64,000 nt of DNA from a virus: the IMG/VR virus record IMGVR_UViG_3300045988_090162; one strand, 5' to 3'. A program made the translations under genes and the position numbers. Of this stretch, positions 17,957 to 26,624 are shown piece by piece. The notes under the pieces are model-generated. The model was given only the letters and a program-made list of their open reading frames with translations. It searched no databases and was not told the origin of the DNA. Within the stretch, counting starts at the first letter, position 1, and every line of letters starts with the position of its first letter.

Positions 17957-18322
17957 TTACAAGTGTACGATATACTGATATGTATCAAAATATCCACTGT
18001 GGCACTCAGTTATATCAGAATATAACTTTATATGGGATTTATTCGTAATTTTGTTTACTGGTATAGAATACATTAAACCAGTTGTACCATTTAAACAAAA
18101 TAATAAATCTACAGGATGGTTTGTTACATTATCATATTCTTTTCCATTAGTGCCACCACAACTTCTTAAAGATATAGTATTATCTTTTGACGTTGTACAT
18201 TTGCATTGTACAGTTTGAAAGACGCCATCTTTTTCAATAATTAAATCATACCACTGTGTATCAGACAAAGGAAGAGAGACAGTATAGCCATTAGAACCAT
18301 AATATGCAATAGCCACTGACAT
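17957..18322 (-). CDS. hypothetical protein
   Basis: 121-aa ORF. Confidence 0.5.
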   Translation of the reverse strand: MSVAIAYYGSNGYTVSLPLSDTQWYDLIIEKDGVFQTVQCKCTTSKDNTISLRSCGGTNGKEYDNVTNHPVDLLFCLNGTTGLMYSIPVNKITNKSHIKLYSDITECHSGYFDTYQYIVHL

Positions 18323-18384
18323 TCCAGCCCTACTTCTATTTTTATTATTGTCTAATAGCCTTTTCCTCCTTTATGCTTCTAGTA

Positions 18385-18482
18385 TGCCTTGTCTTGGGTT
18401 CGGGAGTCGGACCCGAATGCCTTGCGGCGCTATTTTTTGAGAATAGTGTGTATGCCAGTTCCACCAACCCAAGATAAGGCAT
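18385..18482. repeat. long inverted repeat (18-bp arms) enclosing a GC-rich hairpin
   Basis: GTATGCCTTGTCTTGGGT ... ACCCAAGATAAGGCATAC, with inner hairpin TTCGGGAGTCGGACCCGAA. Confidence 0.55.
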
Positions 18483-18494
18483 ACTAACATGCCT

Positions 18495-18947
18495 TTAATT
18501 TGTCTGTTTCTGAATCCCAAGCTGGTCAAAAAACTCGTCTGGAATAAACTTGTCATCCAAAGGCTGATAATCTTTCCAGATAATCAGAGGATACCAAGTC
18601 TTTGACCACTCGGTAAATTCAGCGAATTCATCATTATATCCAAAAGAAACAGCAAAACCAAACCAGCTTGGTTTGACATGCGGGAAAGTCTTTTTGATAA
18701 TTCCCTCGTTGTCAACAAAATCGCCGATACGACCGCAAATAGTACAAACGTTCCTATAAGCATAAGTCCATGTGCCAGCATATTTATCAAAGTAATTGAT
18801 AACAATACTCTTATCGTAAGTGTGTTTATGATTGGCTTTCTTCACTGTCTTTTTCTTTTTACGAGCGGGAGCATTGGCCGCATCGTCGGGAATATAAGCA
18901 TATTTAGTTGCCAATACTTCACCTTTATAGGAATACGAGGACATCAA
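18495..18947 (-). CDS. hypothetical protein
   Basis: 150-aa ORF with a KKKK stretch. Confidence 0.5.
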   Translation of the reverse strand: MMSSYSYKGEVLATKYAYIPDDAANAPARKKKKTVKKANHKHTYDKSIVINYFDKYAGTWTYAYRNVCTICGRIGDFVDNEGIIKKTFPHVKPSWFGFAVSFGYNDEFAEFTEWSKTWYPLIIWKDYQPLDDKFIPDEFFDQLGIQKQTN

Positions 18948-18992
18948 AGCTCCTTTTCTACTTTTGGATAAACTGAGTAGCTATCTACTCTG

Positions 18993-19064
18993 CTGGAATG
19001 GTAGGACTCGAACCTACAACATTTTGATTAACGGTTAAACGCTCTACCATTGAGCTACACTCCA
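18993..19064 (-). tRNA. tRNA, anticodon GTT (Asn-like); anticodon stem carries an A·C mismatch
   Basis: acceptor TGGAGTG/CATTCCA, D-arm GCTC-AATGGTA-GAGC, anticodon loop CCGTTAA, T-arm GTAGG-TTCGAGT-CCTAC. Confidence 0.55.
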
Positions 19065-19093
19065 GCAGGGTAGATAAGCCACACTTTGTTCTA

Positions 19094-19162
19094 TTGGAGT
19101 GACAAGACTCGAACTTGCGACACGTTGAGTTAACAACATTCTACCAACTGAATTACACTCCA
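19094..19162 (-). tRNA. tRNA-like gene (69 nt) with atypical anticodon arm (6-nt loop TTAACT)
   Basis: acceptor TGGAGTG/CACTCCA, D-arm ATTC-AGTTGGTA-GAAT and T-arm GCAAG-TTCGAGT-CTTGT are fine; the anticodon region folds only as TGTTG/CAACG around TTAACT. Confidence 0.4.
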
Positions 19163-19384
19163 ATAGAATGGATTATTTAGATAAAAGAGCGTTATGAAGA
19201 TAATCGTCAGCTTCTTCAAACGTATCAAAGCTCTTGATAATTTCAAAACGAACAACAGAGCAATCAGTGTTGACACGAATCGAATAGATTCCGCAAGTCT
19301 TTTCACGACAAATGACGAACTGCTTCATAACAAACCTCTTTCTCTCTTGGTCTATATATATTATATAATATTATAAACCAAAAG

Positions 19385-19495
19385 TCAAGAAAAAATATGC
19401 GGAAAAATTGGGGTCAGACTAACAAATGCAGCGTACCGCATTTAAAATATACCATAAAATCTTCATGAAGTAACTGAACCCTCATCACGCATAAT
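19385..19495. repeat. hairpin-repeat unit 4 (covariant stem TTGGGGTCAG / CTGAACCCTCA)
   Basis: ATGCGGAAAAATTGGGGTCAG ... GAAGTAACTGAACCCTCATCACGCAT. Confidence 0.45.
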
Positions 19496-19502
19496 AAATA
19501 AA

Positions 19503-19691
19503 TTAGCTAAGAAAGAATGACACCCTGCTTTGCCTTGTTAATCTTGCGGCGAAGTTTGCGCATGATGCCGACATTCTCTGAGTTCTTACCTTTGCGATTG
19601 ATAAGCATCTGATAACGCTGCTCCATCGTCTCGATTGACTGTGCCATACTTCCTTACCTTTCTCTTGGTTTACTACACTAGAAGAAAACAA
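19503..19691 (-). CDS. small basic protein (Arg/Lys-rich)
   Basis: 62 aa, MAQSIETMEQRYQ...RKLRRKINKAKQG; preceded by a ~130-nt leader ending in CCAAGAGAAAGG, with promoter TTGACA-N17-GATATAAT at ~19805-19835. Confidence 0.45.
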   Translation of the reverse strand: MFSSSVVNQEKGKEVWHSQSRRWSSVIRCLSIAKVRTQRMSASCANFAARLTRQSRVSFFLS

Positions 19692-20224
19692 ATGGTCAAC
19701 CTAACGGCGTACTAAGCATTACACTTCTGGGTGTTGGCAATAAGCCGCAGGGTCACTGGTTTGTTGACGGTACTGTTGACTATCCTTTTTCCCTTTCCTT
19801 CTAGAAATATTATATCAAATTATTCAACTATTTGTCAAATAATTTTTTATAGCAAAAATTGGTCGCGAGGTGTTTCTGCTGCCGAAACTTAACAGAGCTT
19901 ATGAGACTCCGTGAGATACTGACCTCCCACCCGCAATTAAAGTAGTAATTTTCACATCTGCCGAGGTTTGAAAACTACCAAAATATACCAGATTCCTCTT
20001 CCCCTAGGCGCTTCTTTTCAAGTATGCGCTGGCCCGCATTGTCTACGGCTACAGAGACGGCATATATAAAATCTTGCAAGCAAGATAATATAATCACGTG
20101 GACGGTTTCAAACTGGGAAAACCGCCAACCCTTTAATCTATAGTCCCTGCAAAAGACTATAGAAGTCGGGAGACATTTACCTTGCAGCGATAACCTCTCC
20201 CCAGGCATTGGATATAACACAATC

Positions 20225-20305
20225 GCTAGGTGCTATTCTCACCAATTAAACTAACCGCCGTTAACTCGGCCTGTCCGGGAGTCGAACCCACATCTTCACC
20301 ATCAC
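20225..20305 (-). ncRNA. candidate Y RNA-like ncRNA, paralogue of 14820..14925 (may extend 3'-ward to ~19850)
   Basis: Begins just downstream of promoter 20320-20348. The minus strand reads GATGTGGGTTCGACTCCCGG (T-arm-like), then ACAG-GCCG-AGTTAA-CGGC (hairpin), then GGTTAGTTTAATTGGTGAG (D-arm-like). Same module order and near-identical promoter/5' leader as the 14.9 kb element. Confidence 0.4.
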
Positions 20306-20319
20306 GATTTGTTAACTAT

Positions 20320-20348
20320 ATTATATAAAATTACTCGGCGTTTGTCAA
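20320..20348 (-). promoter_or_regulatory. sigma70-like promoter (TTGACA-N17-TATATAAT), paralogue of 14931-14959
   Basis: rc: TTGACAAACGCCGAGTAATTTTATATAAT. Confidence 0.6.
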
Positions 20349-20437
20349 GTAATTTTTTAACTAGGCTGGCTCTTTCTGTGCTGCCCAGAAATTTTATGAT
20401 TCAGAGTCATATGTTCTACTGTTGAACTAAGAGCCAA

Positions 20438-20513
20438 TGGTCTGCTCAGCTCGACTTGAACGAGCAACCCCAAGTTCCCAAAACTTGAGCGCTACCAATT
20501 GCGCTATGAGCAG
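20438..20513 (-). tRNA. tRNA-Pro (anticodon TGG), CCA encoded
   Basis: acceptor CTGCTCA/TGAGCAG (perfect), D-arm GCGC-AATTGGTA-GCGC, anticodon stem CAAGT/ACTTG with loop TTTGGGA, T-arm GCTCG-TTCAAGT-CGAGC, 3' ACCA. Confidence 0.8.
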
Positions 20514-20675
20514 AAAATGGACAAATTTATATAGCGACTGCCCAAACCGCTAAATTGACTTGGGATAAGCACAGACGAATTCAAAGTTCGCTCTACTTAT
20601 CACTTAGAGAGTGTCTAAGATTAGCACTCTATTTTAACAATATAATACATATATTGTTAAAATACAACACTAATT

Positions 20676-21314
20676 TTATATATACACCCAATGAAAACCA
20701 TATGCCGTCTTTTCTTTATTTTCACAAACTTGCTTAATATGCCTTGAAATTCCTTGTGTTGATTTATTTGTAGTGTAGTTATTATCAAAAAGCCAAGCGG
20801 ATGCTTCGTGCAACGATTGAAAAATCTTGTCTTTTTCTATTAAACATACACTTTTAGAATATCGTTCTTTAGAAAGAACATTAGATTGCAGTATTTCTAC
20901 ATTGCATTGTTTACATGCGTACCTAACCGTATCTGCACAACAATGAAAATGTTTTACTACTTTTATCGTATCATGTGTTTCAGTATGCATATCAGCTATT
21001 TTTTGATAATCATAAAAAGGTTTTCCGTCTCCACCTTTTGTAGCATTATATCCATTACAGCCATATGTATTTAGCTTAAAAATCCAATATTCTTCCTGTT
21101 TTGCCGCATCTTCAACGGAGCATTTTTCTAATTGCTCAACATGAAAATGCTCAATGCCATATTTATTCATAGCAGAATACAGAGGACGTTTTTCACATCT
21201 TTCTTTTCTGCTATCTGAAATATGCTCTTTAAATCTTTTGCTGATTGACTTATTAGTTTTTCCAACATATTGTTTTCCGTTAACATCGTTGGTAATTACA
21301 TAAATATAAGACAT
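20676..21314 (-). CDS. GIY-YIG homing endonuclease (free-standing)
   Basis: N-terminal SYIYVITNDVNGKQYVGKT, RFKEH and YGIEHF (GIY-YIG core) with a C-terminal DNA-binding extension. Confidence 0.75.
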   Translation of the reverse strand: MSYIYVITNDVNGKQYVGKTNKSISKRFKEHISDSRKERCEKRPLYSAMNKYGIEHFHVEQLEKCSVEDAAKQEEYWIFKLNTYGCNGYNATKGGDGKPFYDYQKIADMHTETHDTIKVVKHFHCCADTVRYACKQCNVEILQSNVLSKERYSKSVCLIEKDKIFQSLHEASAWLFDNNYTTNKSTQGISRHIKQVCENKEKTAYGFHWVYI

Positions 21315-21582
21315 TTTATCACCAACTTAAATAATAAATGGAGCCAACTGACAGTGCTGCCCTGTCTGCTTCGCTTTACAAGAGCGATGTATTACTGTTA
21401 TACTAAGCTGGCTTTACCAAAAGAAAAATGAGCCTGCAATACTCTAGAAATCTTGCAGGCTCTAACACCACTATTACAATATAATAGTTGCGCAACAAAA
21501 ATTATAACTTTTTGCCCAGAACTTTTATTTTGTAACTAAAGTTATTATACCATATTAGTATAACGTCTGTCAAGAACTTTTT

Positions 21583-22140
21583 TTAACTGTCAAACCAATA
21601 GACAACAAGAATATCCTGCGGAGTTAGATAATATGCTCCTTCAATGCTACAATAATGCTTAATGTCTTCGATGAAATCACCGACACTATCTTTAAGTTCA
21701 TTGTTAAAGGAATGACTTCCGAGCATATCATTAACTGCATACTTGTGAGAGTCAATCATATTATAATGGTCAATAATATCAGCAAGCGTGACAACATTAT
21801 ATCCATATGCGCCACTCTCTTCCCAGTCTTCCCACTCTTTGAGAATCTTTCGCGGCACAAGACCATCATACTCAAAATACTTACCGATAGGATGGTCAGC
21901 TTCATCTACATATGTGCGTCCATTACCGTCCATGAGCCAAGAAAACAGCTCATAATTGCGGACACAATAAGGCTCTGCATACTCATACGAAACAGCACCG
22001 TCGTTGTCATACTTAGTATACAGCTCTACTGGATAATACTTTTCGCATCCATTCTTCTGAGCATACTCGCTCATCTTCCTAGCGAGATAAACATGAATAT
22101 CCTGTCCCATAAAAAGCTCCTTACAGCGTGTCCCTGTCAT
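21583..22140 (-). CDS. hypothetical protein
   Basis: 185-aa ORF. Confidence 0.5.
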   Translation of the reverse strand: MTGTRCKELFMGQDIHVYLARKMSEYAQKNGCEKYYPVELYTKYDNDGAVSYEYAEPYCVRNYELFSWLMDGNGRTYVDEADHPIGKYFEYDGLVPRKILKEWEDWEESGAYGYNVVTLADIIDHYNMIDSHKYAVNDMLGSHSFNNELKDSVGDFIEDIKHYCSIEGAYYLTPQDILVVYWFDS

Positions 22141-22471
22141 ACACCTGACAGGAAAGATTTAAGTCCATAAGATTGGCGTAAATATCACTAAGTCGATTTG
22201 CAATATCCGCACGAGTGTTATTCTTGCACGAACGACCATTAAGATTCTTAATCTCGTTTTCCAAGTCACTCAGCTCAGAGTTGATAGCGTGCTGGACCTC
22301 GTACAAATCATCGCCGATAAGACCTTCAACACCAGTTGCGTACTGTGCTTCATGATAGGAAAGCATCACGGACTCTAATTCATCATAGTTGAAGCCGTTC
22401 TCTTTCAAGCAAACGTCCAAGTCGCGCTTCGAGTCAATATTGTAATATTTATCTTTGACAAACAAATCCAT
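22121..22471 (-). CDS. hypothetical protein
   Basis: 116-aa ORF. Confidence 0.5.
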   Translation of the reverse strand: MDLFVKDKYYNIDSKRDLDVCLKENGFNYDELESVMLSYHEAQYATGVEGLIGDDLYEVQHAINSELSDLENEIKNLNGRSCKNNTRADIANRLSDIYANLMDLNLSCQVYDRDTL

Positions 22472-22538
22472 GATACCTTCCTCTCTCTTTCTTTAACTAT
22501 ATTATATAACTTCTTAAACCTCTTGGCAAGAACTTTTT

Positions 22539-22958
22539 TTAACTAAATAGCTTTAGCAGACGAGCGAAATCTTGGTCAAGAAGAAACTCATAGGAAGGAC
22601 GGCTTGTGCGGACAGTCTTTGTATCCTTAGTGTCCTTTTCGATTTCCTCAATCTGCTTCTTGATTTTCTCAGCCTGAGACTTTAGGTCAGCGAGCTTAGC
22701 CGCACGCTCTTCGCGCTCCTTCTTAATCTTCTCAGCCTGCTCCTTATCCTTCTTCTGCTTGCGGCCATTGGATACAGTCACAAGCTCGCGCGTAAGAATG
22801 CTAGTTAGCTCATCAATAACCTTCATAGCATCTTTGCCACTAGCTTTATGGTCTAGGTCAAGGCCATCAGAATCAGTTACATGTACACCGAGGTCTATAA
22901 CACCATCCTCATTCGTTGTCATAGCTAGATTAAAGTTTAGACCATAAGATTCTGCCAT
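22539..22958 (-). CDS. hypothetical coiled-coil protein
   Basis: 139 aa; KEREERAAKLADLKSQAEKIKKQIEEIEK repeat-like helix. Confidence 0.5.
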   Translation of the reverse strand: MAESYGLNFNLAMTTNEDGVIDLGVHVTDSDGLDLDHKASGKDAMKVIDELTSILTRELVTVSNGRKQKKDKEQAEKIKKEREERAAKLADLKSQAEKIKKQIEEIEKDTKDTKTVRTSRPSYEFLLDQDFARLLKLFS

Positions 22959-23051
22959 TTACTATTCTCCTTTTAATTCTTTTGTTCCTTTAACTTCGTT
23001 AATATTATAACAAATATTTTTCTAGAAGTCAACTATTTTATTGAAAATATT

Positions 23052-23822
23052 TTAGTACCAACCATGAGACTGCCAGTGTGCGGCCGCATTTTCCCAGCTA
23101 CCATATCTATTTGACACATATTGTTCAGCAACCCTGTCTTGATTTTCCTGCGACAAGTCTCCATTCAAATAGGAAATATCAAGCTGATATGCGCCATAGT
23201 AGCGTCCATTGGTGGCACTATAACTGCCGCCACTTTCTTTAGAAACGATGAAGTCACGCGCTGAACCGTTCCAAGAGTAATCAGCATATGAATAACTTGG
23301 AGCGCTATATGAACTAGATTGCTGATTCTGGTAGTTTGCCTGCGCAGCCGCTTTAGCAGCAGCTTCTTGAGCCGCACGTTCTTCTGCTTCTTTCTTCTCT
23401 TGGAGTGCTTTCTGTTTCTTATCTGCACCATACTGTTTCCAGCTATCAAGTCGAGCTTTATACTGCTTTAACTCTGTAATAGTGTCGCAAACAGATTGCT
23501 TCTCCATAATATCTTGAATCTCTAGAATATCATTCTGTTCAAGATAGTCTCCGTAATTTTGAATAATGTATATGGCTTCATCAAACTGTGAGTCTTTCAT
23601 ATTACATTTATCCACTAGCCATGTCTGAGCGTTATCGTACCCATCTTCCTTATATGGAATCATAGCATCAAGTGTAGTTGTGCGGACTACCGCATTTGTA
23701 ATTTCGTCATTAACGATGATTGCATCTGCTTCATTCACACAAAAAGCATTTGTCACGCCAGCGAGTGCCACTACGGATAGGCACATAGCCAATGCTTTCG
23801 TTTTGTTTTTAATGAATTTCAT
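23052..23822 (-). CDS. secreted transglycosylase-like (Rpf/SceD-family) muralytic protein
   Basis: Signal peptide MKFIKNKTKALAMCLSVVALAGVTNA (start at internal Met, RBS AAAGAGGA); C-terminal NGRYYGAYQLD...RYGSWENAAAHW resembles the transglycosylase-like domain. Confidence 0.6.
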   Translation of the reverse strand: MKFIKNKTKALAMCLSVVALAGVTNAFCVNEADAIIVNDEITNAVVRTTTLDAMIPYKEDGYDNAQTWLVDKCNMKDSQFDEAIYIIQNYGDYLEQNDILEIQDIMEKQSVCDTITELKQYKARLDSWKQYGADKKQKALQEKKEAEERAAQEAAAKAAAQANYQNQQSSSYSAPSYSYADYSWNGSARDFIVSKESGGSYSATNGRYYGAYQLDISYLNGDLSQENQDRVAEQYVSNRYGSWENAAAHWQSHGWY

Positions 23823-23918
23823 TCGGATAATTCCTCTTTCTATTCCTATACGACAAGACGATTGCTTAAAAATATATAAAAAATGTGGGCAAAAGATTAT
23901 AATCATTTGCCCAATTAG

Positions 23919-24731
23919 TTAATTTGTAAAACGGATTTGCTTCTTTTTTAAGACTTCGCCAAGAGACAGAAAATCTTCACACTTATTGCAATGATTTGAT
24001 AGACGCTTGCAGCAACGGCGTTCGCAGCCAATCTTGCTTGCGGTGAAACTTGGATGAATTGCGTCACAATGAAAGTCCATATCTATATCTTCGTTGATTT
24101 CGCTCATTTGGCCATGCCAATACTTGTTGATAAACCATGCACGATATAAGACATCAAACTTTGCCCAATCATATGGCAGGCCGCATTCAAATTCAAAAAC
24201 ATCAAAGTATGGATTGATAATATCCATATCTTTTGGCATGAAAATGGGAGCCTTTGGATTAATACCACGGTCAAGTGTCATTGATGGCACCTGATTTAAA
24301 ATTAGACGCATTTGAACGTTATTCTCTTGGCAAATGTCATGTACATTCTTTAGATTATAACATAAATCATCAGCAATATATACATCAGATACACCTAGAT
24401 TGATAAAAGATTCAAGACAAGAATAAGTTGGAACCTTCATATCTTGATTAAAGAAAAACTTATATGAGTTCTCTTTAAGTTCTGCGGCCTTTGTAATATC
24501 TGTTGGCGCTACGCGGATATAAATCTTGTCTGATACTTTGTTAATTGACTTGACTGTAGGCATATGGATACCTTCTGGGAATTCAAGATTGATGCGAGTA
24601 TCCTCATACTCCTGCACAAAGTCAATAAGGTCTTCAATTGAATTGCGAGATTTGTAAAAGAGAATGTTAAACTCTTTGATTTCATCGTTCAATTCGCCAT
24701 TCAATTGAAATGGAATTGCCAATTTAATCAT
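23919..24731 (-). CDS. hypothetical protein (Cys-rich C-terminus)
   Basis: 270-aa ORF. Confidence 0.5.
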   Translation of the reverse strand: MIKLAIPFQLNGELNDEIKEFNILFYKSRNSIEDLIDFVQEYEDTRINLEFPEGIHMPTVKSINKVSDKIYIRVAPTDITKAAELKENSYKFFFNQDMKVPTYSCLESFINLGVSDVYIADDLCYNLKNVHDICQENNVQMRLILNQVPSMTLDRGINPKAPIFMPKDMDIINPYFDVFEFECGLPYDWAKFDVLYRAWFINKYWHGQMSEINEDIDMDFHCDAIHPSFTASKIGCERRCCKRLSNHCNKCEDFLSLGEVLKKKQIRFTN

Positions 24732-24812
24732 ATATCATCCTTTCATAATAACCTATTTTATATTATATAGCAAAAAAGGGCAATTGTCAAGAGACAATCA
24801 CCCTAAAAATCA

Positions 24813-25028
24813 TTAAAGATATGCGGCCAAACGATTCCACAACCATTGCGACAAATCGGAAGTCTCAACCTCATAAGAATCCAAGAGGTCATAGACAATA
24901 TCGGCAGAAGCACGCCCGTCATATTCAGTTTCAATAGTCTGGATTACAGCATCGACCTTCTGCTCCATTTCTTCCTCAGAAGCAAGAAGCATCATGGGAT
25001 TGCCCACAGAATTGTCCATGTGCAGCAT
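24813..25028 (-). CDS. hypothetical protein
   Basis: 71-aa ORF. Confidence 0.4.
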   Translation of the reverse strand: MLHMDNSVGNPMMLLASEEEMEQKVDAVIQTIETEYDGRASADIVYDLLDSYEVETSDLSQWLWNRLAAYL

Positions 25029-25030
25029 TG

Positions 25031-25213
25031 TTAGTCCTCCATCAAAATGTCGGCAATCTTATACATATCTGAGGAAACTCGCTCTACGCGCACGCCATAG
25101 ATGTTGTGAATCATATCAATTGCACCATCAAGATAATACTCGGAAATATCATCATGATGCTCAAGATAATAGTTTGCAAGGTGCAGAATAGCAGTGTTAT
25201 AAGAAGCCATCAT
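25031..25213 (-). CDS. hypothetical protein
   Basis: 60-aa ORF with the CCAAGAGAGAGG cassette upstream. Confidence 0.4.
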   Translation of the reverse strand: MMASYNTAILHLANYYLEHHDDISEYYLDGAIDMIHNIYGVRVERVSSDMYKIADILMED

Positions 25214-25274
25214 ATCTTTTCCTCTCTCTTGGCTATACCATAATTATAGCATATGATATAGCCAATCGTCAAGA

Positions 25275-26219
25275 TTAATTTTCAAACCAGTTACGCAACT
25301 CGATTACCGAAGGGCAAGTTCCTCGACCTTGCTCGCGGCACTCTTCCACGAACTCAGGAATTGCATCCATAAGACGAGGTTCAAATGCCAGCTTGGTCTT
25401 GATATTTTTGATAGTCTCAATATCACGTCCAGTCCAAACCTGCTGCAAAACTCCACGAGCCTTTTTCCAGTTCTTGTACCAAGGGGTCTTATATTTCACC
25501 ATGAATCCGTCTGCATCCTCGAAGACAAAGCCCTCGATGTATGCACGTGCGGACCACTTGTCAATGAAAGATTCAAACTCCTGCCAGTTAGCAATGACTT
25601 TGCTAAGAACCTTGCAATAGAATCCAAAATGTCCAGCTACATCAATAAGGGTATAGTACCCCGCATGGCTATAGTTGAAATCATTGTACACCAAGTCCAA
25701 AAGCACGAGGTGAGGATGCGAATACTCAACGATATGCGGGTCATGGATTGGGTCAATACACTCGAAGACAGCAGTGCAGTCATTCTTGCGCAGATATTCT
25801 GCGAATTCCTCCTGCTGTGCAGTGGTCAACGTCTTGTCAAGAACGTCACGGATATATCCTGCGAAATCTCCCTCATTCGTGCTCTTGGATGCGATGAACA
25901 GCTTACCGTCCTCGGTCGGGTCGGCAGAAATCATCGCAAGAAATCCGTTAGACTTGACATATGCGCACACAGGAAACACAAGGTTCTCGCGTAGGCTATC
26001 CATTTCAGTCTCAGGACGCTCTCCGATGTTGAAGAACTTGTTGTACGAACGTGCAACAACCTTATTATCTTTCACGAAAAGTCCGCGCGCCTTTACATTG
26101 ATGGAGTCCCATGCTTGGTTGAAAAAGCACTTGTTGGAGAAATTAAAAGACGAGATTCCATTTGCAAGATGCTTCTCGCGCACAAACGAGCTATTACGCA
26201 GCATATCGATTTCGTTCAT
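25275..26219 (-). CDS. RNA ligase, Rnl1/Trl1-like (KxNG nucleotidyltransferase)
   Basis: Start trimmed to MNEIDML (cassette promoter and CCAAGAGAGAGG leader at 26225-26290); motif I AYVKSNGFLAMIS resembles the Trl1/Rnl1 KANG lysine motif. Confidence 0.55.
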   Translation of the reverse strand: MNEIDMLRNSSFVREKHLANGISSFNFSNKCFFNQAWDSINVKARGLFVKDNKVVARSYNKFFNIGERPETEMDSLRENLVFPVCAYVKSNGFLAMISADPTEDGKLFIASKSTNEGDFAGYIRDVLDKTLTTAQQEEFAEYLRKNDCTAVFECIDPIHDPHIVEYSHPHLVLLDLVYNDFNYSHAGYYTLIDVAGHFGFYCKVLSKVIANWQEFESFIDKWSARAYIEGFVFEDADGFMVKYKTPWYKNWKKARGVLQQVWTGRDIETIKNIKTKLAFEPRLMDAIPEFVEECREQGRGTCPSVIELRNWFEN

Positions 26220-26290
26220 TTGTCTTCCTCTCTCTTGGTTTAATAATATTATATCATATATATAACTGTGCGGCAAATATTTTTTTCTAC

Positions 26291-26320
26291 AAAAAAAGGG
26301 AGAGGAACTAGTCCTCTCCC
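26291..26320 (-). terminator. rho-independent terminator
   Basis: minus strand GGGAGAGGACTAGTTCCTCTCCCTTTTTTTG. Confidence 0.65.
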
Positions 26321-26475
26321 TTAGTAGCATTTTCTTCAAATTCCATGCGCTCTAACTTTTCCTTACGTTTTGCTTTATAAGTATCGTCTTTGCGCTGACG
26401 AATTAGCTTTGCTTTGTGGGAAAACTTTTCAAAAGTATCATCATCGCTATACTCAAGTTCGTCCCAGTCACGAAT
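26308..26475 (-). CDS. small hypothetical protein (GTG start)
   Basis: AAAGGAtttattGTG start; acidic then basic tail. Confidence 0.3.
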   Translation of the reverse strand: MRDWDELEYSDDDTFEKFSHKAKLIRQRKDDTYKAKRKEKLERMEFEENATKGED

Positions 26476-26624
26476 TTTCACAATAAATCCTTTCAAAGAA
26501 AAATGCTGTCTAATATATAAAATCTCATTAAGAGATATTATATGTGGACTCCCCGGCGAGACTCCAACTCGCATGATTAGGTTTAGAAGACCTGGCTTTA
26601 TGCACTTAAGTTACGGGGAGATAT

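Noticed and set aside
19850-20300. tmRNA (including two-piece/permuted tmRNA) for the T-arm-containing region
   Set aside because: I could not find a tag reading frame ending in a hydrophobic tail plus stop, a resume-codon context, or an encoded CCA. Left as an unassigned or Y-like ncRNA.
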